A DNA stretch of 64,000 nucleotides from Bdellovibrionales bacterium (GTDB lineage: Bacteria; Bdellovibrionota; Bdellovibrionia; Bdellovibrionales; Bdellovibrionaceae). A program made the position numbers and the translations under genes. This document shows positions 27,879-36,816 of this stretch, piece after piece (positions within the stretch are counted from its first letter, which is position 1; each line of letters begins with the position of its first letter). The notes beneath the pieces were generated by a model. It did no database searches and had not been told where the DNA came from. It saw only the letters and a list, made by a program, of their open reading frames with translations. The stretch is taken from the NCBI GenBank assembly GCA_043740435.1, contig JAYUCH010000036.1, positions 7,282 to 71,281 on the forward strand, given 5' to 3'.

Positions 27879-29622
27879 GTAGACTCCGGGCCTCTTCAAC
27901 CAAAAGAAAATCACTTTCTCCGGAATAATTAGTTTTTAAGAAATTATTAATCTCTGCCGTTGATTTCTTTTGGATCAAGGCTGTCAAAGTGATCCAGTCT
28001 GCATAAAATTTTAAATTATTTTTTATCAGGGAATTAAGGGTCTCTTTGACATCAGCTTCAGGGTCAATTTGAACTTTGGATAATCCGATGATCACCTGAT
28101 TTAGTTCTGATTTCTTGTCCAGTTGATTAGCTCGATTTAGACTTAAAATTTCGTTTCGTTTATTTAAAGCATTGTAAATTAGCAATTTCATTTGCTGACT
28201 GGACGGCATATCAACAAAGTCATTTTTATTTTTTTCAACATAATCAACGGCTGCACTAATTTGTGATGACTCTAAATAATCATGAACCTGAAAAAGTCTA
28301 TTTTCAGAAGGGCTTAGCTTTTTTCGGACTGCAGTAATATACTGTTCTAAATTAATCCACTGATAAGACAGTGGAGCTAACAACGATGGCTTTTTAAATA
28401 AAGCGGCCATCTGAGTCGGAGTGTTTAAAAACTGTTTCCAAGAAAGTTTAAAAAGGACATCATTGTTTTTATTGATAGAAAAAGCCATCTGCGCCAATAA
28501 CAATTCTTTTTTGTAGTCATAGCGAATCGCAATATGTCGATCGACTAGTTTTTCAAGATTGGCTGAATATTTTGCTTGATCTGCTGGATCAAGCTCTTGA
28601 AAGGCCTGAATGGCTCCGACTAAAAAGCGACCATTGATGTTCTTTGTATACAATTTTAGAAAAGCATCTATCGCTGGCAAATATTTTCCAGTTCGTAAAT
28701 TTAATAAAGCTTCGTTTTCGTTAATCAACAGATCAGCTGGTTGCAAAGCTTTTGCTTTTATAATTTGAATTTGGGCTAGTTCGAAATTCTGCATCTGCAT
28801 GTAGATCCAAAACCTAGACATATAAATACTTACTTTGTTATCGATGGATAAATTGGCAGTGGTTTCCAGATCTTCTAGGTTTTTGATTTGAAATCCTAAA
28901 GACTCTAGATAAGGATATAGATCAATGACTTCGATAAAAAATTTCTTTTGTGATAATGGATTTAAGCGTGCATATAAAACAGCGGCTTGCTGTCCTAAAC
29001 CCAAAAATTTAAGTTTTTTGACTTGAATCAACAATTCAGATTCTAGACGCTGCTGATTGTATTTATTATAAAAATAGTAACTGAAAATTCCACTTAAAGA
29101 CAAAATAAAAGAAATTAACAAAATGACTTTTAAATTTTTCGAAAAAAATTGAATTTGCTGCTGGCTTGCAGGATCATTTTGAAAAATGTACTTTGAATGA
29201 TTTTGTTCATTTAAATTGGTTCCCCAATCCCGTGTCCTTGACGGGTTCGCGGGATCAATCGTTTCGTTCTGAATGGAAGCTTCTTGTTCCGACATTGACA
29301 CATCAGTGAAATGTAAAGCATTCGATCTGGTCGCTTGCAAATAATCATCACTAGGCCGGGTGCCTGTTTGACTATGACTGCCTTGAATTGTCTTCGTGGC
29401 TTCAGTTTTATTATCCAGTTGTTGCCGAATCTTTCCAATGACAGATTTGAATTCGGTATTTTCCCGCAGGTACAACCATCTTGTCTGGGTGTCACGAATT
29501 TCATCTATTATTGAAATTTGTTTTTTTAATAGCAAATCTTCAACCTGGTCAAAATTGTAGGGACCCAAAATTTTATTTTCAGATTTTACTAGCCATTTTT
29601 TTTCAGTTAATGATGAGTTCAT
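27871..29622 (-). CDS. GYF_2 domain, single TM, TPR-like periplasmic protein
   Basis: WLVKSENKILGPY...W (GYF_2), TM ILLISFILSLSGIFSYYF, helical TPR-like repeats (AQIQIIKAKALQP..., GKYLPAIDAF). Confidence 0.65.
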   Translation of the reverse strand: MNSSLTEKKWLVKSENKILGPYNFDQVEDLLLKKQISIIDEIRDTQTRWLYLRENTEFKSVIGKIRQQLDNKTEATKTIQGSHSQTGTRPSDDYLQATRSNALHFTDVSMSEQEASIQNETIDPANPSRTRDWGTNLNEQNHSKYIFQNDPASQQQIQFFSKNLKVILLISFILSLSGIFSYYFYNKYNQQRLESELLIQVKKLKFLGLGQQAAVLYARLNPLSQKKFFIEVIDLYPYLESLGFQIKNLEDLETTANLSIDNKVSIYMSRFWIYMQMQNFELAQIQIIKAKALQPADLLINENEALLNLRTGKYLPAIDAFLKLYTKNINGRFLVGAIQAFQELDPADQAKYSANLEKLVDRHIAIRYDYKKELLLAQMAFSINKNNDVLFKLSWKQFLNTPTQMAALFKKPSLLAPLSYQWINLEQYITAVRKKLSPSENRLFQVHDYLESSQISAAVDYVEKNKNDFVDMPSSQQMKLLIYNALNKRNEILSLNRANQLDKKSELNQVIIGLSKVQIDPEADVKETLNSLIKNNLKFYADWITLTALIQKKSTAEINNFLKTNYSGESDFLLVEEARSLLE

Positions 29623-29625
29623 TTG

Positions 29626-31158
29626 CTAGTGCCTAAAATGTCTTTGATGAGACATAATCATGTTTATCTTATTATTTTTTACAGCCAACAGAACTTCGGA
29701 ATCACGGGTCGAGCCACCTGGTTGTAAGATCCACTTTATTTTTTGTGCAGCTATCACTTCAATTGAATCCGCAAACGGAAAAAATGCATCACTAACCAAA
29801 ACAACATCACTTTCTTGCACTGGATTTTTTGCTTTAAAATCTTGGTATCTTTGTAAGGCTTGCTGAACGGCATCCACACGGTTGACTTGGCCCATGCCTA
29901 GGCCGACGGTTTGTCCGTGGTAAACAATTGCAATAGCATTACTTTTTAAATAGCTGCAAATAATTTCGCCGAATTTCATATCGGATTCTATTTGCTTTGT
30001 CAGTGGCTCTTGATTACCTGACCAACCTTCTGCCGAAAAAAAATCTTCGGATTGTTGCAAAAGGCCGCCCATGACAGATTTAAATTGAAATGTGGGTGCG
30101 TTGAGCTTTGCAATTTGTGGCCATGATAAAACGCGAAGATTTTTTTTTACTTTAAGAACTTCTAATGCCTGTGAACTAAACTCAGGGGCAATAATGCATT
30201 CTAAAAAAAGATCTTTAATCAAATCAAAACATTTTTCGTCAAACTTTTTATTAAAGGCCAATATTCCACCAAAAATACTTTTCGAATCCGATTGAATGGT
30301 TTTTTCTAATGCTAAAAAAATCGAGCTGGCCTGAGCCACGGCACAAGGGTTGTTATGCTTGACCGCCACACAGGTTGGCACTTTGAAATGTCTTACTAAA
30401 CTGGCAGCTGCATCTAAATCTAAAATATTATTATAGGAAAGTTCTTTGCCTTGATGAAATCCAGCACTTGTCAAATTCAAGTGACTTAAAGGGTTTTCAA
30501 ACCAATGGGCCTGTTGTTGTGAATTTTCACCGTATCGAAGTTTTGTTTTTTTCTTAAGCGGTAAATTCAAATAATTTAAATCATCAGATGGACTTGTTAA
30601 TTTTTGCACAATCAATGCATCGTAATAAGAGGTCAACGAGAACACCTTGATGGCTAATTTTTTTCGGTCTTGGATCGTCATTGAACTAAGTAATAACTTT
30701 TCTTGAACCCAGTTGTAATCACTTGTTTCACAGACAACGACTACTGAGCTGTGATTTTTTGCTGCAGATCTTAAAAAACTTGGTCCGCCAATATCTATGT
30801 TTTCGATCAGCTCGGCATCCGTGCTGTCAGGATTTAAAGCCGTTTTTTCAAAAGGGTATAAATTTCCAACGACCAAATCAAATGCAGCAACTTGGTGCAT
30901 TTCTAATTGTTTAACATGGGAAGGATTAAATTTGTCAGCCAATAAACCCATATGCACGAATGGGTGAAGGGTTTTGACACGGCCATCAAGAACTTCTGGA
31001 AAACCAGTCACGCTACTTATATCTGTTGCGGGTAACTGATTTTCTAGTAAGTATTTTAAAGTCCCACCGGTTGAAACAATTTCTAAACCTTTAAAAACCA
31101 ATGGTTTCAAAAATTCAAGCAGGCCCGTTTTATCTGAGACGCTAACTAATGCACGCAT
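29626..31158 (-). CDS. purH: Bifunctional AICAR transformylase/IMP cyclohydrolase
   Basis: RALVSVSDKTG, GRVKTLHP, IENIDIGGPS, LRYGEN, LSYNN, VKHNNPC, SDAFFPF. Confidence 0.97.
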   Translation of the reverse strand: MRALVSVSDKTGLLEFLKPLVFKGLEIVSTGGTLKYLLENQLPATDISSVTGFPEVLDGRVKTLHPFVHMGLLADKFNPSHVKQLEMHQVAAFDLVVGNLYPFEKTALNPDSTDAELIENIDIGGPSFLRSAAKNHSSVVVVCETSDYNWVQEKLLLSSMTIQDRKKLAIKVFSLTSYYDALIVQKLTSPSDDLNYLNLPLKKKTKLRYGENSQQQAHWFENPLSHLNLTSAGFHQGKELSYNNILDLDAAASLVRHFKVPTCVAVKHNNPCAVAQASSIFLALEKTIQSDSKSIFGGILAFNKKFDEKCFDLIKDLFLECIIAPEFSSQALEVLKVKKNLRVLSWPQIAKLNAPTFQFKSVMGGLLQQSEDFFSAEGWSGNQEPLTKQIESDMKFGEIICSYLKSNAIAIVYHGQTVGLGMGQVNRVDAVQQALQRYQDFKAKNPVQESDVVLVSDAFFPFADSIEVIAAQKIKWILQPGGSTRDSEVLLAVKNNKINMIMSHQRHFRH

Positions 31159-31160
31159 GA

Positions 31161-32537
31161 TTAAAATGGAGACTTTGTTAAAAGTAATTTCAGATCATCA
31201 TTGGTTAAATATAAACCTGCACCAGCAAAGAAAGACTGGGCACTTCTTTTGTTAAGTGCATCGTTATAACCAGCTGTTACATAAAACCCAGAAAATATTT
31301 TATAATTTAAAAGTGTTCTGACCTGTACTTTTTCGAAATCATAAGCTTCAACTGTCGCCTTTAATTTATCGGCTAGCATGTGGTAATCAACACCAACGCC
31401 ACCCTTGTCTTCGATGATACCACCGCGCAAAGTCCAATTAAAAAAATGCTTCCCGTAAAAGGCAGTGATTTTTGTTCGGCTGCGATAAGTTCTGGTTTCT
31501 GTCATAAAACTAGAGCCCGCAGTTCCCTGAGTGGCCGTATCTGTGATTTCAATCGAACCCGCAGGGTCCGTTATAATACCTAAATAATAATAACGATCTA
31601 AGCCCGGCTGAATAGTTATACCTACAGCCGTTTTAGCTGCTCCGACTTCACTGAGGTAATACGAATTAAAATCAATGCCCGTGGAAACTTTGCTGGCGGT
31701 ATCGACTAAGCCACTAATTCCTTCAATCGCTGAAGAAACATCTTCAGACGTTTTTTCATCTGAAATTAATTTTCCGATCACACCATCGCCATTATTTATT
31801 TTCGTCGTGATTTCATCAATATTTTTTAATGAACTATCAATACGAACCATGGCCGTTTTCCAGGTTTTTTTAAACCCTTTATCAGATTCATCATTGATTA
31901 ATTCATCCAGTGTCGTCGTTATGTCGTGGACTTGATCGACGATTTCACCAACTTGCTGTTTGTTGTCTGCAGTCATTTGGGAAATGTCGCTAGTTAATTT
32001 TTCCATATTTCTGATAATGCGACCCAGAATATGCTTATCCGTACCGTCTTCAGAAACGGCCTCTTTTAAATTTTTTGTTACATCTTTTAACGAAGATGCA
32101 AGATCGCTAACCTGCAACATCACATCATCCATTGATCCGTTACTTTTAACATTTAAAATTTGGCCGCTATCTTCAAGTTCGGGATCACCCGCGACACCTG
32201 GAAAAATTTCGATGTGCTTATCACCTAGAATTCCATTCGACCGTAATTCAACAACTGCAGACCTTGTCAGCGGTAACCCAGATTTTACAGAAATATCGAT
32301 TCGGGCTTGACCATCTTGCAGTTGAATTTCTTGAATAGCACCGACAGGAATACCCGCTGATTTTATAGCCGAACCTTTTATAAGTCCGCTGGCATTCGGC
32401 AGCAAAAACCAAGCCTTTTTCGATCGACCCATGTAGCTAGGATCGTCGCTGACTTGCATCGACATAAACGCAATCAGACCACCTATGGCTACAACCAAAG
32501 CTCCGACTTTAAATTCTGCTAATCCTAAAAATCCCAC
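31161..32537 (-). CDS. mlaD: Long MlaD/MCE protein with coiled-coil stalk and beta-rich C-terminus
   Basis: EFKVGALV TM, MCE domain (GL..GS.I..AGI.VG.I, GILGDKHIEI.PG), long helical region, C-terminal amphipathic strands. Confidence 0.88.
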   Translation of the reverse strand: MGFLGLAEFKVGALVVAIGGLIAFMSMQVSDDPSYMGRSKKAWFLLPNASGLIKGSAIKSAGIPVGAIQEIQLQDGQARIDISVKSGLPLTRSAVVELRSNGILGDKHIEIFPGVAGDPELEDSGQILNVKSNGSMDDVMLQVSDLASSLKDVTKNLKEAVSEDGTDKHILGRIIRNMEKLTSDISQMTADNKQQVGEIVDQVHDITTTLDELINDESDKGFKKTWKTAMVRIDSSLKNIDEITTKINNGDGVIGKLISDEKTSEDVSSAIEGISGLVDTASKVSTGIDFNSYYLSEVGAAKTAVGITIQPGLDRYYYLGIITDPAGSIEITDTATQGTAGSSFMTETRTYRSRTKITAFYGKHFFNWTLRGGIIEDKGGVGVDYHMLADKLKATVEAYDFEKVQVRTLLNYKIFSGFYVTAGYNDALNKRSAQSFFAGAGLYLTNDDLKLLLTKSPF

Positions 32538-32565
32538 TTAGAATCCTAACATGATGAAAATTCAA

Positions 32566-33336
32566 TTATTGATGCTTGATTCCCTTATCAACAAATTTTC
32601 TCACAAGTTCGATATCAGTTTTATAAAAATCATCCGCAACCCCCGAGAGCAAGACTCGACCAGCATCAAGCATCACCACAAAATCTGCGATCCGAAAGGC
32701 CGCATGCAAATCATGGGACACCATTATTGAAGTGGTTCCGGGTCTAGCTTTATGAGTTGAAACAATCAGGTCATCCACCATCTCGGTTAAAATAGGATCT
32801 AAACCCGTCGTGGGTTCGTCGTAAATTAAAATTTCTGGATCTAGGGCCAAAGCACGGGCCAGTCCAGTTCGCTTTTGCATACCACCCGATATTTGATTGG
32901 GTAATTTATGAAAATGCTTTGGTTCTAGATTCACCACACGTAATTTTTCTTCGGCTATTTTAATGACTTGGTCCCGCGTCAACTTGCGGCGATGCTCTTC
33001 TAACGGAAAGCACACATTTTCAAGTACGGTCATATCGTCAAAAAGTGCTGCACTTTGAAATAAAACTCCGTAATTTCAACGAAACAAGGTTAAAGCATTT
33101 GAATCTAAAGTTTTTAAATCAGTACCTAAAACATTTACTGTGCCTGATGTGGGTTGATACAAACCTAACATATGCTTCAGGACGACACTTTTTCCAGTAC
33201 CTGAAAAACCAATAATGGCGGTTAAACTACCCCGAGGTATTTTTAAATCAATTCCTTTCAAAACAAATTCTTTGCCTTGATCAAAACTTTTTTTCACATC
33301 GACCAGTTCGACAGCGTATGAATTATTATTTTTCAT
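32566..33336 (-). pseudogene. mlaF: MlaF/Ttg2A ABC ATPase interrupted by one in-frame TGA (33076-33078); pseudogene, sequencing error or recoded gene
   Basis: ORFs 33076-33336 (Walker A GFSGTGKS) and 32566-33033 (ISGGMQKR, IYDEPTTGLDP, VSHD) share a frame; the gap reads ...TLFR*NYGVLFQSAALFDDMTV, giving 256 aa on readthrough. Confidence 0.85.
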
Positions 33337-34178
33337 AGTGATGCCTTTCCGGTGACCAAGTAAAAAGCACGAATAATGTTCATCAAAAAATAATCCAAGA
33401 TAATGATTGATACCATGCTGATAACAACACCTTTATTTGTGGCTTCACCTACACCTTTTGCGCCGCCTGAGGTATTGAAACCTCGGTAAGTGCAAATCAC
33501 CGCAAAAATAAAACCAAAAATAGCTGATTTAATTAAGCCTTCAGCAATATGTCTGAACTCGAGTGTCGTACGAATTTTATCCATAAAGACCGCATGATCA
33601 AGACCCACTAAATGCGTGCATAAAAACCAAGATCCCACCATTGCCATAAAATCAAAAAGTGCAGTTAGTAAAGGCATACTTAAAACGGCTGCAATAATTC
33701 GAGGTGCTATCAAGTACTGCTTGGTATTAATTCCCATTACATCCAGCGCATCAAGTTGTTCATTCACGCGCATCGTCCCAAGTCGTGCGGCCATTGCGCC
33801 ACCCGCACGAGCCGCCACTATTAGGCCTGTCAACACAGGACCAAGTTCACGGGAAATTCCTAAGGCCACGGTTGGGCCAACCAAATTCACTGCGTTGACT
33901 AGTTTAAAACCCAAGTAAACTTGAAACGAAAGGGCCAGTCCTGTAAATAAACTGGTTAAAGTAATAATACCTACCGATTGGTTTCCAATGAATTCAAGAT
34001 GTTTAATAATTTCACCAAAGCGATAAGGCTTTGCAAACAATAGCATAACGCTTTCTTTAGCAAAAATGGAGACTGACCCAATTTCTTTGACGAAATTTAA
34101 AAACTTAAGTTTAAAGAATCCAAAAAACTGATCAAGACCATCTGCTATTTTTTGAACGAAAGTTACCGATTCATTCAT
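33333..34178 (-). CDS. mlaE: MlaE/Ttg2B permease
   Basis: RELGPVLTGLIVAARAG, GTMRVNEQLDAL.VMG, YLIAPR, GGAKGVGEAT. Confidence 0.94.
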   Translation of the reverse strand: MNESVTFVQKIADGLDQFFGFFKLKFLNFVKEIGSVSIFAKESVMLLFAKPYRFGEIIKHLEFIGNQSVGIITLTSLFTGLALSFQVYLGFKLVNAVNLVGPTVALGISRELGPVLTGLIVAARAGGAMAARLGTMRVNEQLDALDVMGINTKQYLIAPRIIAAVLSMPLLTALFDFMAMVGSWFLCTHLVGLDHAVFMDKIRTTLEFRHIAEGLIKSAIFGFIFAVICTYRGFNTSGGAKGVGEATNKGVVISMVSIIILDYFLMNIIRAFYLVTGKASL

Positions 34179-35347
34179 AAATTATTTAATCCTTTAAAAT
34201 GACGGGGTACCCGTTCGCCAACCGAAGTTAAAGTTTCCCAGGGAATGGTTTGCGAAGCCTCTGCAATTTTTACTGCTGACAGTAAAGTTCCCTTTTCATT
34301 ATAGCCAAAAAAAATAACTTCTTCATCAATCCACTTTGCCGAATCATCGTTACCAACAACAGCAGTCACATCTAGCATCAAAAAATCCATGCAAATTCGA
34401 CCTACGATCGGAACCAGCTGGTTTGCGAAAAGTGCAACACCTTTATTGGAAATTAAGCGATGTAAACCATCTGCATACCCAATCGGAACAACTGCAATTC
34501 GTGATTCTTTTGTGGCTTTCCAACTGCAACCATAGGAAACCGATTCGTCTTTTTTAACCGTCCGAACGTTATTAACAACAGACTTCAGCGTCATAACAGG
34601 TTTCAAATCCATGTGTGAAAAATTCAGATCCGGCTGATAGCCGTACAGTGAAAGACCAGGCCGAAAACCCCATTTTTCTAAATGCAAATAAGGATGCTTT
34701 TCATTTTTTGCATTCAGCATAGCCAAAGATGCAATTCCCGCTGAATTTAAAACGTGGGCATGCACATCCAATGGCTTAAAAATTTCAACGGCTTCAGAAA
34801 ATAATTTAATTTGCTGGGAAGAAAAACCATTCAACTGAAACGCGTCTTCACCTTGTGCTAAATGAGTTAAAATGGCTTTTAATTTTAATTTTTTTGATTT
34901 TTTAAAATAAGTAACTAATGGTTCAGCCTGTTCAATGCCGAATCCCAAACGGTTCATGCCAGTATCAAATTTTAAATGAACTTTAACAGGATCATCAGCC
35001 ATATTTTCTAAAGCTGTAATTTGGTCCCAACTGCTGACGACCGGAGTCAGTTGATATTCTAAAATTTTTTGTGCTCCTTGCTTGTCAAAACCACGAAACA
35101 CTAATATTTCAGCCTGCACACCCGCGGCCCGTAGTAACGAACCCTCTTCGATAAGGCAAACTCCAAGAGTGTCCGCACCTTCAGACTCTAAGGATTTTGC
35201 AATTTGAACATCACCGTGCCCGTAGGCATTCGCTTTGACCATCGGGCAAATGAAGCGATCATCAACAGCCACTTTTTTAATTTCGTGCCAATTATTAATT
35301 AAATTTTCAACTGAAATTTCAGCGTAGGTCCGACGAAACATTTCCAT
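34175..35347 (-). CDS. alr: Alanine racemase
   Basis: MVKANAYGHG (PLP Lys), HLKFDTGMNRLG, RPG..LYG, VSYG, PIGYADG, GRICMD. Confidence 0.96.
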   Translation of the reverse strand: MEMFRRTYAEISVENLINNWHEIKKVAVDDRFICPMVKANAYGHGDVQIAKSLESEGADTLGVCLIEEGSLLRAAGVQAEILVFRGFDKQGAQKILEYQLTPVVSSWDQITALENMADDPVKVHLKFDTGMNRLGFGIEQAEPLVTYFKKSKKLKLKAILTHLAQGEDAFQLNGFSSQQIKLFSEAVEIFKPLDVHAHVLNSAGIASLAMLNAKNEKHPYLHLEKWGFRPGLSLYGYQPDLNFSHMDLKPVMTLKSVVNNVRTVKKDESVSYGCSWKATKESRIAVVPIGYADGLHRLISNKGVALFANQLVPIVGRICMDFLMLDVTAVVGNDDSAKWIDEEVIFFGYNEKGTLLSAVKIAEASQTIPWETLTSVGERVPRHFKGLNNL

Positions 35348-35358
35348 TATTTAAAGTC

Positions 35359-36816
35359 TCATGTGTTCACCTGAAAATCAGGCTGATGATCATGCGGAGC
35401 TTTAAAAATACAAATTTTATCGCCACCCTTAGAAGTGATAAATGAAAGCGCTTTGTGGGCTGATTCATCTAATGATTGTCCGGTCCGAGTTAACGTTGGA
35501 TATTCGCTAATGCCTTGGCTAACCGTGATAACGAATCCAGATCTAGAAAAGCTTTCTGCCTTAAGGATCTGTCTGAGGCGCTCGGCGCGAAGTGCTGCAC
35601 CTCTTCGATTGCAATTGGTTAGGACCAAGGAAAATTCATTTTCCTTGGTCCTACAAGCATAATCCGGCAATCGTGAAGTCTGACTAATGACTTGAGCAAT
35701 TTTTTTAATGACTTCGTCTGTAAAAATACGGCCTTGGCTGGATTCAATTTCAGCAAATGAATCAATGGCAATTTTAACTACAGAAATTGGAGCCAAAGTC
35801 CGTTTCGAGCGATCAATTTCTTTTTCTAGAATACGTTTGTAAAAAAGTTGATTATAAAATCCAGTCAACGCGTCTTCAACATCTAGATGGACAGGCTGAG
35901 ATTCAAGCGCCATCAACTGGTACACTAAACTCATTAACGAAAAATCTTCGGCCACCTCGGCTGAAACATCCTGAGTCGATACCAGTAGCCCCTCAACAGA
36001 GTCTTTTAAAGTCAATGGCAGCACTTTAATCGCGGGTACATCCCATTTTTCTTTTAAATACTGCAGCAAAGTTGCGGGGTAATCGCCCGTTAAAATTTGC
36101 CCGTTAAATTCAGCATAATCGCCGGGAATTTTATAAGACAAGCCTTCGACCCAACTGTCTTCCATGTTTTGATGAGAAACAGCAATATAAGTCTGAATCG
36201 ATTTTATAAATTTCAAAAACACCCACCCCTGATGAGGGCATTGCTGAAAAAACTTTTGCAACAACTCTTCTTTCGATTCCGCCAATTTGTAATCGGCAAT
36301 TCGCATCTGAAATGGGCGCACTTCCGGGCCAGACCTTTCAAGGATCACTGCCTGAGACATGCTTTTCATTTCTGTTTTAGCATCTTGGTACAGCTGGAAA
36401 ACCTGTTCATTCTGATAAAGTCGGTATAAATTTCCACAGACCTGATCAACTGCAAAAAGAACTTGTGCTGAACAGTTTTCTTCAGTGGGGTTAAAAAACA
36501 AAGCTACATTGTGATTGTGCATTTCTGAATAATCTAAAAAGTTATTTGCCTGACCAAGGACAATAAATTTGATTTCAGTGGAAACTTTTAAGACTTTTTC
36601 AAAAAAAATATCTAAATTATCTTCAGCTGAGTTTTGATCAACCACTATCAGATGCGGCGGAGCATTGCTTACTCGGTGAAGCATCTCTTCGGGGTCCGCA
36701 AAAAAATAGGTGTCATATTTGGCCTTTGATAACGTCAACTTCAGCCTTGATCCCAAATCAGCATCTTGTGACAAAATAAAAATCGTAAAATCAGAAGAGT
36801 GTTCGCGTATATTCAT
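35359..36816 (-). CDS. Degenerate GGDEF protein (KENEF) with REC-like N-terminus; CdgA-like c-di-GMP receptor
   Basis: DALTGFYN...RTKENEF in place of RxGGDEF; RxxD I-site RLPD exactly 5 residues upstream; REC-like N-terminus (PHLIVVD). Confidence 0.82.
   Translation of the reverse strand: MNIREHSSDFTIFILSQDADLGSRLKLTLSKAKYDTYFFADPEEMLHRVSNAPPHLIVVDQNSAEDNLDIFFEKVLKVSTEIKFIVLGQANNFLDYSEMHNHNVALFFNPTEENCSAQVLFAVDQVCGNLYRLYQNEQVFQLYQDAKTEMKSMSQAVILERSGPEVRPFQMRIADYKLAESKEELLQKFFQQCPHQGWVFLKFIKSIQTYIAVSHQNMEDSWVEGLSYKIPGDYAEFNGQILTGDYPATLLQYLKEKWDVPAIKVLPLTLKDSVEGLLVSTQDVSAEVAEDFSLMSLVYQLMALESQPVHLDVEDALTGFYNQLFYKRILEKEIDRSKRTLAPISVVKIAIDSFAEIESSQGRIFTDEVIKKIAQVISQTSRLPDYACRTKENEFSLVLTNCNRRGAALRAERLRQILKAESFSRSGFVITVSQGISEYPTLTRTGQSLDESAHKALSFITSKGGDKICIFKAPHDHQPDFQVNT

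Noticed and set aside
33076-33078. Alternative genetic code (UGA = Trp or Gly) as explanation of the mlaF stop
   Set aside because: Dozens of long genes are uninterrupted under the standard code, TGG is used for Trp, and several genes end at TGA at expected C-termini (e.g. 20351, 42707, 51917).
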